Source: Saccostrea echinata
Taxonomy: Eukaryota
Reading direction: 5' to 3'
DNA length: 64,000 nt
NCBI RefSeq assembly: GCF_033153115.1
Contig: NW_026889803.1
Location: forward strand, 61,008,001 to 61,072,000
Shown: positions 53,201 through 64,000 of the stretch, one piece after another
How positions within the stretch are numbered: position 1 is the first letter of the stretch
How the letters are laid out: every line of letters starts with the position of its first letter
Program-made: the position numbers and the translations under genes
Notes under the pieces: model-generated
Told to the model about the DNA's origin: nothing
The model's database searches: none
The model's input: only the letters and a program-made list of their open reading frames with translations

Positions 53201-56200
53201 GGTACATCATGATTTTTTTTATTGCATGACACATATTGGAATAAGGGGCCCATTTTACAAAAGAAATTATGACTAAGACCAAAAAATTTAGTTGAATGTA
53301 AAATTTTGTAAGAGTGATGATTCTGTTTGAAATTGCTAGCATAAAAATATACTGTTAGGTTCTTTTTAAAAAGATTATAACTGTTTTCAAATAATTGTAA
53401 AATAGGAAGTAATAAGCAGAATTAAATTTTGGTCCTAGTCGTAAGTTCTTTTGTAAAACGGGCCCAAGGAGACTAAAATACCAGTCTTAGCATCCAAACA
53501 TGCTTTATAAATAATAAAAATAAAACAAGAGGCCCAAGGGCCTTAATGGTCACCTGAGTATAATGTAATAATCCATAGATTAAAACAAAATAAGCTGATA
53601 AATAAAGCTACACTGTATGTACATAAATTGATGTATTTAAAATTAAGCGCAATCACTGGGTATGGAGTTGTTTGGGTAATCATGAATTAACGCTACATAC
53701 ACTCGTGCTGTGTATTACATTATTAATGAATTCTTAGCGGTATTCATGAATTAGTGCATCACTGTCCTTGCCACAGCCGTTACAATACGTAGCCTGCTTT
53801 ACATGTAGTAAGTACACATAAGTATGTTGCCCAAAAGCAAGAGAAATACGATGATCAGAGATCAGCAAAATATTAATTTAGTACTCTTAAAGTTTATCTA
53901 TTCATTTGCCTGTACTTTCCCCCATATGCGGACTAAACAAAGCAATAGAGTACTATTAGTTAATATTTTCCATTCCCCCTTGCATTGGCCTCTCTTAGTC
54001 TTTGAAAATTATTTGTTGTACAAAGATACAGTATTTTTTCCCCATTTTCATTTATCTACTATTTAAAAGTTTACTTGACCATTTAAAACTCTGAAAGTAC
54101 TTTTGTATTGTGATATTTCAGATTTTAAAGTACCGGTAATATATAAATTTGCTGCCACAAATTGTAACATGTTTGTTTGTGCATGTAGATGTAAGTAGTT
54201 GGTAGTTGGCATGTAGATGAAGTAGTAGAGGCATGTTACAACAATTGGGTTCTAAGGTACCTGTACACTGTTCAAAGTAAATTTAAATAAAACAAGTGCA
54301 TGCAATCAATAAAAATACATTTATTAAATTGATAAGTATATATTTAATACAATATACAGATAGGGCCATAATAAAAAAATTCCTAGATTCTCATCCCAAC
54401 TTTTTGAAAAATTGAGGTGGGCGGGCGGATTTTATATATTTTATTTTTTCCATCGTGCAGATTTTGTGTTCGACCTAATCATTCGGTGCAGATTTATCTT
54501 CAATGCCTAAATAAATGCATATCTCTTACTACTCATCATCACCAATCTTTCATAACCAATGATCCCTGTTTAATGGGCTGTTTAATACATATTACAGCAA
54601 TAACATCTTGTCAGCTGTCAAATTCATGCCAACATTCGAAGGATTCAAAACAAAAGTTGAATGGTAGTTGAATATATACCGATCCCGATCAGAATCAAGA
54701 CAAAGAAAAACAGAAATAAAAAAAAATTGAGGCGGGGTTCAGGGATTTTTTTAGGGTCTCTCTGGGGCTGAAATTCGGCCCCATTCCCAATGCTGAAAAG
54801 TGCATGTTTTTCCCAAAATCATACCTAAAAATTCCCAATATGAAAAAAGTATTAAGTTGTAAATTATTAAAATAAAATAATGACAAAAAGGTGTTTATGT
54901 TCTCTATGTGCGATGTACGAGCCATCCGAGGACTTCTGAGAAGTTATTCAGAATACTATGGATGTTTGCATGCATACTTTTTAAAGCAGGATTGATGTTT
55001 AAAAATTGAAGTCGGGATCGTTATCTAAAAAATAAACGTGCATCATGTCAGTCTCTCCAGTTTGCCTTGGACGGTAATTTTCAGGCTGGGTTGAATCGCT
55101 CTTATTCTTATAAATTGGTCAAACAATACCTATTAACCACTCATCTGGAACAAACCCACTATCAAATGTTATTTTAAAGAACTTCTTACATAAAGGTAAA
55201 AAAGATGACAATGTATAAATCAGTGTAAATATGTTCATTTACAATATTATCATACCCTGCGGCTTTGCCATTTTTAAGCTTCTGAACTTCAACAGCTGCT
55301 ATTATTTCATATCACTAAAGCTGGTTTAGGCCAGCTTCATACTATAAAAAATAAGAAAAATTATTAAATATTTGACTTTTGCTTGTTTTTTCCTATTTAT
55401 TTGTATGAAGATATTTTTCCCAATTTCAACCAAATATCGCTATTTTTCCCAATCTTGACGGCCCCGGCCCCTGGAATCAAGGGGTAAAAAAATCCCTGGG
55501 GTTAAAAAATTAGGGCGGGCGGGGATGAGAATCTAGGAATTTTTTTTATTATGGCCTAAGGTATAACGTCCCACTCCACAGTCTTTATTATAAACAATAA
55601 TAATACATGTAATCATATTCAAATGTCACAGATACTCGGTGATAGGTGCTACAGTCTTTAGGTGTCAGATGCCACAGATGGTATCGATGTGCCGTCATGC
55701 AATGGCTTCTCCGTAAAACAAATGTTTACATGAAATCGAAGAAAGTGGGTATTGACAGCATTTGAGAAGGGTTAGAAAGCAAATTTTAGTAGAGAAATGT
55801 TGTTTGAAGTGAATGCTGACGAGTTGTATTGAATAAGCTGTGGGTAAAAACAAATTGGTTGATTTCTCAAAAACATGTTGCATTCCTGTTTTCTACGCTA
55901 ATGCATAGCTCATGGCTTGGTCAATCGAGTGATTTCTATTGACATTATTGATAAAATTGCGAACTCTTGTGGTGATATACACTAAGTCGAAGGTGAGACT
56001 GTAAACAATTTGTTTCTTTCTCTTTGTAAAAATCTGATTTGGCAGTATTCTCTTTACTGGAATTCTGTGGTGATCAGCATGCAACAAAGTTAACCTTTCC
56101 CTTAATTATTATGGCGTCATTATTTTTAGAATATGTATATACTGAATGGATGTGTGGATAAGAAATGGGAAATATATTTCAACAGAAAAATGTACCTCTG

Positions 56201-56360
56201 TTATTAATTTATTTGCGACACTCTGAAAGGTTTCTACATCATGGCGAAGTGCTGTTGGCATCCATAGCCCCTTCCCATCTAGGGTTGTAAGTAAAAGTCT
56301 TGAATCCCTTTTCCTTGGGATGAGAACACTAACAAATTCTCGTGATGTTTGACCTGCCAT
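41205..56360 (-). CDS. Atypical PPP-family Ser/Thr phosphatase with N-terminal Nudix-like and EF-hand domains, 19 exons, ~796 aa
   Basis: Phase-consistent GT-AG exons: 56360-56196, 53047-52925, 52426-52315, 52003-51881, 51694-51568, 51047-50874, 48417-48334, 48229-48101, 47183-47068, 46456-46304, 46224-46133, 45816-45736, 45622-45490, 45210-45080, 44687-44581, 44181-44079, 42774-42641, 42044-41867, 41330-41205 (2391 nt). EF loop [12 protein letters not shown]; catalytic GDIHG, GDYVDRG, RGNHE, HGG, WSDP, RAHE, SSSHYC. Confidence 0.9.
42205..42640 (-). repeat. Tandem array of exon-17 end plus 5' splice site (~9 degenerate copies, mostly ~50 bp)
   Basis: Units resemble CTGGCCTGGGAGATCATGTGGAGTGACCCTGTCAG|GTGAGT. 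Confidence 0.9.
43287..43869. mobile_element. Foldback MITE, unclassified
   Basis: AAAGGACAAGATAGG / CCATACCTTGTCCTTT ends; internal inverted AGCACAAGCTTGCCTATCTG / CAGATAGGCAAGCTTGTGCT. Confidence 0.7.
44182..44515 (-). repeat. Degenerate repeats of 3' splice site plus exon-16 start
   Basis: TTACAGTGAGTGTATA-like motif (plus strand TATACACTCACTGTAA) at ~44285, 44388, 44415, partial at 44480, 44499, besides the true junction at 44172-44187. Confidence 0.7.
45887..46065. repeat. Intronic 43-bp tandem repeat x4
   Basis: GTATAGGACTTTATGTTGCTGACTTAGAAGTTGCCTTAACAAT units. Confidence 0.9.
47520..47790 (+). mobile_element. Helentron/HINE 5' fragment
   Basis: TTTTAGCTCACCTGAGCTGAAGGCTCAAGTGA terminus followed by one satellite-like unit (GGGCCAATTTCAATCAAACTTGGCACA...GTTTGTTCAAATGAAGGGC). 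Confidence 0.7.
47860..48100 (-). repeat. Tandem array of exon-8 end plus 5' splice site (4 copies, 53/61 bp)
   Basis: Units TATTCAGATTACCCCAGTCCTGTGTGACAGGACTTAAAGG|GTGAGTAT. Confidence 0.92.
48512..50078. mobile_element. PIF/Harbinger non-autonomous element, TTA TSD, with nested MITE
   Basis: TTA-GGGCTATTCCAGGAAAAA...TTTTTCCTGGAATAGCCC-TTA, inverted homology ~45 bp; nested MITE at 48768-48985. Confidence 0.88.
48768..48985. mobile_element. Harbinger-like MITE (nested)
   Basis: GGGCCTGTTTTACAAAAGAACTTATGACTAAGA ... TCTTAGTAATAAGTTTTTTTGTAAAACAGTTCCCC; second copy at 53245-53465. Confidence 0.8.
51290..51567 (-). repeat. Tandem array of exon-5 end, some units with the 5' splice site (~6 degenerate copies)
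   Basis: Units resemble GGGGCAAAAGAGGATCAAGTAGATGCCCTGTTTAG; GT retained at ~51463, 51342, 51296. Confidence 0.85.
52174..52314 (-). repeat. Tandem array of exon-3 end plus 5' splice site (3 extra copies, 43 bp)
   Basis: Units ...GGCTTAACACCTCAATAATG|GTTAGTTATACC; GT at 52271, 52228, 52185. Confidence 0.92.
52544..52592 (+). ncRNA. Minimal Penelope-type hammerhead ribozyme motif (probably degenerate)
   Basis: CTGATGA-T-GACCA-TCTC-TGGTC-GAAAC-CA-GTC followed by AATAAA; stem I weak. Confidence 0.55.
53245..53465. mobile_element. Harbinger-like MITE
   Basis: GGGGCCCATTTTACAAAAGAAATTATGACTAAGACCAAAA / TTTTGGTCCTAGTCGTAAGTTCTTTTGTAAAACGGGCCC. Confidence 0.82.
54363..55556. mobile_element. Harbinger-like non-autonomous element with nested insertion
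   Basis: GGCCATAATAAAAAAATTCCTAGATTCTCATCCC / GGGATGAGAATCTAGGAATTTTTTTTATTATGGCC-TAA. Confidence 0.85.
54740..55498. mobile_element. CAGGG-ended element with 5-bp TSD, nested in 54363-55556
   Basis: CAGGGATTTTTT ... AAAAAAATCCCTG flanked by GGGTT on both sides. Confidence 0.75.
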
Positions 56361-59023
56361 TTTCCCTTGTTACTACAAACGGAAACAGTGATGTTGTATG
56401 TCCTTAAACATTCTACATTTGATCGAGAGACTATCGTCACTTCCAAATTACACAAATCTAATGTAAAATACTGAAATCAGAGAGTATATATTTGGCAGCG
56501 TAAATCACTAAATGATATAAATTGGTTTCACTTTCATGACGACCAGTTTACCTTTTGGTCATACGTACTTCTGATGATTCGTAAAATTATGACACGCCAT
56601 TGTGCTTTAATACCTTTCATCATCATTAAGTAATTTTATTATTGAAATAAAATTATTTGAATTCTTTATATATCTTCATTTAGTTTATCGAGTTTCATTA
56701 TATGACGCGTCACCATTAAACGACAAGGTTAACAATATTTATTGGTTCACAAAACGAGAAGCGGGCACTAGCAAATTGTTGCGAAGCTAATCAATACCGA
56801 AGTCTAAGGTGCGAACAGGTGAGTGATGACTACATTCATATGCAAATCTGTAAAGAATTTAAAGAAATTGAACTTTCTATTTAAATTAAAGAATTATAAT
56901 AGCTTTCTAAGGAAACTACAAATATCGATAAAAAAAATTATGGAAAAAACCCCACAGAAAAAGGGCTTCAGAAATGCTCTCTTTTTATTCTCTATTGGTG
57001 AAAACTTTTGAGTTTGTAAAATATTGTAAAATGTTCCATAAAAATCCATTACTTAATTATAAGTTTAGGGGGAGTTTGATGGTGACCCGATAAGGAGACC
57101 TCATTTTCAACATTATGACCCCCCTCCCCCTCCCCATTTCTACCCCCCCCCCCCTTACCCATTCTTGGCTTGGGTCTGTGATTTCGTGAATGCAAGTGAG
57201 AATTTGGTCTTTATTTAGTGAATTATTTAAAACTTAAGAATTATGGTGAAACTAAAGTATGATTCAACTTGAACTAGAATGAAATGATGCATTTAATTGA
57301 TATCTATATATATATGATATGCACAAATATCTGTAGGCTATTTTATCTTGGTTAGAATTTAAAAATATATATAAACCAAACAAGGTATGGCTATTATAAA
57401 CAAATTACTTTTCATGTATGAAACCAGATAACAAAGGAGAATCAGCCAACTGGATCCACAGCAGCTGTTCTTGCACACCTTTAAATGATAAGTCTAGAGT
57501 GTACATTCACCTGAGATTTAAGTATGTAGCATGATGTTGCTTTTATATTTGATTAAAAAAAACTTTTAATTTCTCTCTTTTTTGCATTCTAGCAATATTG
57601 TCTACAGTTAAAAACTGAAAATATCTTTTAGAAACCATTAATAATACAGACAAGAAGAAAATTTATTAAGATGCGGTTTAATTTCATATGAAAAAGTACC
57701 TGGCCTATAGCACCAGATGATATCAGATCTTAGAAGAAGAAATGTTAGTGTTATTACAAGTGTTGTACAGTGTGTATTGCGAGCTTGAAATGATGACTAC
57801 ATCCACTTTCATTATTAAGTGACAATTTTTAATTGGTGCATATGCAACATGTGCAACAAAATGTGATTTGTTAATAATGAGTAGGCCATAGGTTTTCTTA
57901 CTGGAGCTGCAGTATGTGTGTTTGTACTCTATTATTCACTTGTTACTTAAAGTATACATATTATATGCTGCACTTAATGATTGTGACCTAGGAATCACTG
58001 CTTTTTATTTTTTACATTTCACACTTAAAGAAATATCTCTAAATGTGCTTGTAATTATGCCATGGTTTATCTTGTGTTTTATTTCTTTCAATCTAACAGA
58101 GATCCAGATACTGTGGGATACATTGCAAAGAACATTGATTTGTTCTATAGATAAGTCTGTCTGCTGTACCAGATAGCAGGAGATAAAAAAACATTAAGAG
58201 ATCAATTTCTTCACCTCAGTTTGTAGATGTGATACTTTATATGCATGCATTTACACAGTTAAAGGATCACTTAAACAATTCTGTGTAAATGTCTGTGATC
58301 ATAGATAAACAAATTAATTTCTATGACTGTTTATTACTTACAGATGAAGAACCTTTAAAAAGCTGATATTGATAGGGGTCTGTATATTGATGAGTGACTT
58401 CTTGTTTGTGCCAACACAAAAAGGAATTAGACTCTTTGGGTAGGGATGGGAGGGGGTGCTGTTGTATTAGCCTTGTATTGTTTTGTTTTACACTACAGTG
58501 ACAGTGTCTGAAGGGAATATTTCCATTCACAATAACTGTTCCTGGTGGTATTGGAAGATGAAGGAAACTGTTAGTGATTGAATGAGACTGATTCCTAAAA
58601 CTACTTTAATTTAGGTGCAGCAGCTACAAATATATAGCAAAGAAACATACACATGTACTATTGAATATAGTTGCATAATTGTACCGTGATCATTTTTTAA
58701 AATACTTATAGAACAATATTTACAATCAATACATATTTTGATTAATATTAAGTGTGTGGAAAGCTATGGCATTCAAAACACCATAACACAGAAAGGAGGT
58801 CAAAATGTTAAAGTATGCATTTTATTTTGATGTCATGCACAAAGATTGAATGCAGTGCAAGTGCAGCGTCATAAGCGAAAATCAAAATTCACACTCACAT
58901 TGAACAGAAGCTGTTGCAATGGCTCTTCCATTAATTGTAACTTATCCGAAGGATAAAACAGGGATTTTGAAATAATTAAATCACATTTGCAGACAAGGCA
59001 AGGAGTTAAAAAGTGTAAATTAT

Positions 59024-59180
59024 AAGCATAATCATTATTTTTTTAATAATGTAGTCTCGTAACTGCAACTGTGTGTGCAAACAAATTTTCAAAACGCGCT
59101 TTCACGTTACTCGATCAATTTGTTTGTATACATCGCTGCAGTTATGAGACAACATCTTTCAAAAAATGATTCAATGCTTA
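59024..59180. repeat. Degenerate foldback element
   Basis: AAGCATAATCATT...GTCTCGTAACTGCA...CAAACAAATT versus AATTTGTTTG...TGCAGTTATGAGAC...AATGATTCAATGCTT. Confidence 0.65.
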
Positions 59181-59400
59181 ATTAATTACCTTATGCTTAA
59201 CCATGCAAAGACGGGGCCAGCAGAGGACAGTTTGGATCAATTTTGTAGAAAGAAATGCCTAAGGAGAAATGTACTGGGTATTGTTTTATTTTATGCCGGT
59301 TAACCAGGTACCCATTGCCATCCCTATTTTATACCGATGTTCTCTTTTGGATTTCTGTATCTGAACTGAGCAATTGTAATGGTTTGGGTTGTGGATATCA

Positions 59401-59497
59401 GCCTGGGTAGCTCATTTGGTAGAGCACCTGACTAGTGATACAGGGGTTCTGGGTTCGATTCCCGGTCCAGCCATACATTTTCTCCTTTCCTGTTTAC
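59401..59497 (+). mobile_element. tRNA-Thr(AGT)-like SINE or tRNA pseudogene
   Basis: GCCTGGGTAGCTCATTTGGTAGAGCACCTGACTAGTGATACAGGGGTTCTGGGTTCGATTCCCGGTCCAGCCA: D and T arms intact, acceptor and anticodon stems imperfect, pyrimidine-rich tail. Confidence 0.7.
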
Positions 59498-59537
59498 CAG
59501 TTATTGAGTGGGAGGATGCAATTTAATACTCAAAATT

Positions 59538-59580
<43 letters not shown>

Positions 59581-62500
59581 AATGCAAAGATTGTAGAAAC
59601 AATGCAAATAAAAATATTAAGCTATGTTTCAATTTTCCAGTACTCTATTTCACGAGGACTTGAATGGAAGAATGTGAAACTTGTATGGAATTTTTGAATA
59701 TTTTTTTTTTACCCTTTACTGCTTTGATAGATTTTAGGAAACTAAGTGACTATTATTGTTACAAAAGTTCCTTCCAAAAAGTAATTTATAATAGGTATTA
59801 TAAAATTAATTCTTAGTAGGTAATGAAGGCTTATTATTTTGTGTCTTGCTGTTTGACTTTTTATTTTGTCTTGGTCATGCAGTCACCTTTTTGCATTATT
59901 CACACATTTATTAAGTCTGGGGAATTCCCATCTGTGTGGTTTTTTGATCAATTTTCATATCAACACATAGGTTATACTGGTAAAAAGGTTAGAGGGTTGT
60001 CTAATGACTGGTCATATTTGGAGAAGAATTACAGGTTTTAAGAGCTGATACTCCACTTTTCTTTCCAAATACCTGCCTTCTGTTACATTTTTAAATAGCT
60101 GTGTTTTCCATTTAAATGCCCATGTTCTTCTTGGTAAATCTATTTGAGGGAGATAAGACTAGCTGAATAAATAAGAAGTCTTGAGAAAATGTATGTATTC
60201 TGCATTGTGTCAGTATTAAATGCCAATACGTATACACACAGAAAAAAATGTAACTGCTGTGTGTACTTAAATTTCTCAAGGTAAAGTTTAGCTGTAACGA
60301 CCTGTGTGTGGTACCATCTTACGATTGACCAGCCTAACATCTTATACCAGTTTCCTATAAGGGTTTGGGTGGTAAAACAGAAGGGATATATTTGGATTAA
60401 AATTATTAATAGTACATTTATGATATAAGTTGATGTGGCTTTATCCTGTATGTATAGGCGTTAGGTGATTCTCTGTGATAACGGATGTTGTGTTACATGA
60501 GTACATTCTGGGTTAATATGTGAGGATCAATACCTGCAATAATATCATAAGGTAAATATTTTATTATCTAATTTCTTTCTTTTTTTTGTTTGGAAGAGAG
60601 TATTAACTGACAGAGGGATTATAAGATCACGTAATGATTTATATTTCTAGATCTATAGTACACTAGCATAGGTTAATTTACACTAGCAAAGATAATGGAG
60701 CTATACTGAATCTGGTTTCTAATTATTTATGACAATAAATGTATACTCTGTATCATACAACTCCTTTCTCTAATCAGTGTTCCCCCAGGACTTCCTTTTC
60801 CTTACCAGACCAGTATATCTCCTGGTACTACTATAATTTCCATATCCTTTTTTAACTTATGTTTAGGGGCTTGATAAATTGTCAAAAATGATTGTGGCAT
60901 CATAAATGTAGGTTAGGGAGTACCTCCACTATGATCACAACTCCTCCCAATAATATGAAAGACTGTTCCTATGATAAAAATCTCTCTTTCTTTCTCTCTC
61001 TCTTTCACAGAGAAACTTCTTTTTTTCCCATTCTCCCCACTTTTATGAACCTTTTAGTCACAGAGAGAAGCATTGAACACCTGGATTCTTTGTAATTCTT
61101 CTTACAGTTAAGTGATTATGACAGATGATTTACCTCTTTGAGAAGTTACAGAGATACAGACAGTTTGGGATTTTATCTGATATTAGGAATTTAAATGCTT
61201 ATTCATAGTTATGTCATCATCCCATTGTTGGCATACTTTTAAAGCCCTCTGACCTTCAGTCTCTTTTGTCAGTCAGAAGTTTAAACCAGTTCCAGGATGT
61301 AATATTCAGAAAGGATTGACTCCTAATCTTTTTTAAAAACCATTTTCTATGAATTTTTGTTGAGCCAGGGTTGGATTTGTGTGTATATTTAGAGGATAAA
61401 ATTAGCAACCATATAGGAAAATATAATAATCTCAAGAAGGAAACAGGAATGTAAGTTTTATTAAATATTTATTGGGTTGATTGAGACAAGAGTTATTATA
61501 TTTCTGGCAGCACAGATATAATTTTTATGAAAAATGTGTTTAAAGGGGAATAACTCTTCATATCATTTCAACACATAGCCTAGCTCATTGTGAAAGTGAC
61601 TTTATTTGCCTTTAGTTTTTAGAGAAAGCGCGGAAAATAATTTTTATTGAACAAATTAAAATGTTTGTACAAGTAAAACTCAGATTCTGTAGTTTTTGGT
61701 TTCTACTAATAGAATCAATTTCACTTACATTTAACTGAATACATATTATTTAGTTCAGTGTGACCAATGCTGATTCAGGAGTTATTTCCCTTTATAACAC
61801 AATTTATATTATCACCATATTAGGGAAAAAAATTGTTTAGCTTTAATAGTCTGCATGTGACCTGACTCATTTAAAAAATAAATAGAAACTCTGAATATTG
61901 CTTCATTGCAGATCAATCATGCACTTGTCAGACAGAATGTGTGCTCAAAGCATTTTTTCTCTGGTTATAATTGTGTAGATTTAAATGCTGAAAGATATTT
62001 ATATCTTGTTCAATAGATTTAAAGTTGTGCCCTGGCTTGCTTGCACAATTTTAGAGTTGTTTGTTTTCCTAAACTCCAGGTTATTTGAATATTGATTTTC
62101 ATGTTTGGAAAAAAACAGTAGCCTGATTTGGGGTTTTCTTCTTAGAAAATTATGGTATGTTAGATGCATCTTGAGGGTTTTATGTCATTTGTGTGGGAAC
62201 AAAAAGAAATTATGAGTAATTCACTCAAGTTGAGGCATATGATAATTTCAGTGTTATGGTGCACTTTTGAATCCAACACTGCATAAATTAACAAACATAC
62301 TAATACCCCAGGGAGAAACGCTAACTTCAACTTAAGTTTCTTTTAATTATAAATTTTGCCAGTTTCTTGTTTCATTACATCTTATCTGTGTAAAATGCTC
62401 TACATCACCCAGTCATAACAATATATATAGGTAATATGTTCATATCTGTATACCTGGTGACAATACACAGATTTGACATGTAAATGGAGGTTACCTGTAT

Positions 62501-64000
62501 CAGATATTATCGGGCTGGGCCTAATGGAGAGCGAGCTTTAGTCGGCATTGATACGATTTATACTGTACATGATTAAATTCTTTGTAGAGAGATGTTTAGT
62601 TACTGGATATCCAGGGTTGATCAGATTGATACAAAAAGAAAGTGATTGTACCACTCACTTCCATACTGAGTGGTGACCTGTCCTCATAAAAAGTGCATTG
62701 AAATATATTAAGGAATGTTTTAATGATATTTAAAAGTAAGTTTACCAGAGATCTAGATGTTTTGAAATTCCATAATGTGCGTCATTTTAATATTTTGATA
62801 TATCTTAGTACATGTATATGGCATTTGGCGTATGTTGCCTGGTTTATATTTGACTGTAACAGTTATACATAATGTATTCAGGAATGTGTATGTCTTTCGA
62901 GATCATTTATAAGGTGTACTGTGATATTTATAACTGGTGGATGGTGTGTCATCTTATAGCCCATGATTATCACTTTGTTCATTAGTCAATCACATGGGAA
63001 CACTTTGATGTGATGTAACATCTCAGGTATTATTCAGCCTCTAAAGGAGTAACTTTCTCTAAATTAAACTATTTGTATCAATATGCAATCTTTTTTTATG
63101 TTGATTAGGATGAGAATTGCTTTTCTTGTCCTATTAGTAAGTGATGTCAACTTAAGTACATCAAACAAGATACTCATTTATAGACACATAAGGGAGCCAA
63201 AAAACAAAGATCCGTTTTCCTGTGTCTGGACACATCTTTCCTGTAGAGAACATGTAAAAAAGCTAAATATGTAGACAACTATCAAGTGTCTGCAAAACCT
63301 TAATAATGGACAACCCAACTCAGACTACTGTTTCCCCACCCCAGGGCAGAGAACACCTAGTTATTAAACTGAGAGGGGGATCAAAGATCTTTGTGGGTGT
63401 AAGTGTTCAGGATTTTTGATGAGTTACATATTGATGTAGTCAATTTATAAGGCTTTTAAAGTGCTCTGAGGACTTGCAATATAAATGTTGTGAATCTATA
63501 TATTGTATAAGTTAACCATATGAAATTGTAATTAGCATTGATGTAGACGCATCTAAAGGTGTCTATTTTGTCCATTGCTGTGATGTAGTTTCCCATTGAT
63601 TGTAGCATTACTCTTTGAAAGATTTAATGAAAAGTCTGCTTTTTTTCCATTTTTGATTATCATAATTTTTAAAATTTTCCCAGAATGGTACTCCAATACA
63701 TAATTACTTTTCAGCATAGGAATTGTCTTTGTGAATGTGAAGTGGAGTGGTTTATTTTTCCACACGTAGAAAATTGAATTCTATTGATGTTGAGTTAAAA
63801 AAAAAAAGTCTCGTTTATATTTTGTTACTTTCCAGGTTACTTAAAAATCCAATTAATGTCACCTCACAGAGTAAATATATAGGAAGCCATTAAAGGTTCA
63901 CTTAATAACATGCTTTGTATGCAAAACTTCCTAGCAAGCAGTCACTGATCAAGAAAAAAGTAGTTTAATAAATCTGTCTGTATTGCAAGTTTGTGTGTAA

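Noticed and set aside
41205-56360. Calling this gene PPEF/rdgC or calcineurin
   Set aside because: EF-hands are N-terminal, no IQ motif or calcineurin regulatory tail is visible, and the loop is SSSHY rather than SASNY/SAPNY.
59401-59473. Functional tRNA-Thr gene
   Set aside because: Acceptor-stem mismatch, bulged anticodon stem and SINE-like tail; would need tRNAscan-SE to overturn.
57000-64000. Short ORFs in the last 7 kb
   Set aside because: AT-rich composition, no motifs, no consistent exon chain.

Overview
AT-rich, intron-containing eukaryotic DNA. The repeat families (Helentron/HINE elements with satellite cores, tRNA-head SINEs with (ATCA)n tails, Penelope-like RT fragments) point to a bivalve, most likely an oyster (inference). 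There are two assembly gaps (4527-4657, 31546-31729). Hand-built, frame-checked gene models: (1) two tandem minus-strand voltage-gated K+ channel genes with a degenerate S6 gate, one complete 2-exon gene (5872-11841) and exon 1 of a ~97% identical paralogue (949-1410); (2) a 15-exon ankyrin-repeat protein with a long Pro-rich tail (19907-30874, minus); (3) head-to-head with it, a canonical 7-exon PP1 catalytic subunit (32110-36458, plus); (4) tail-to-tail with PP1, a 19-exon, ~796-aa atypical PPP phosphatase with a degenerate Nudix-like N-terminus and EF-hands before an intact catalytic domain (41205-56360, minus). The most striking unexplained structure is in gene 4: four separate introns start with tandem arrays that re-copy the end of the preceding exon plus its 5' splice site, and a fifth intron is built from copies of its 3' splice site. 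Other notable items: a 2.2-kb TIR element with seven evenly spaced copies of one 15-bp motif, a Penelope-type hammerhead ribozyme motif, and three CAGG-ended elements with 5-bp TSDs. All models come from sequence reading only; no database or transcript evidence was available.
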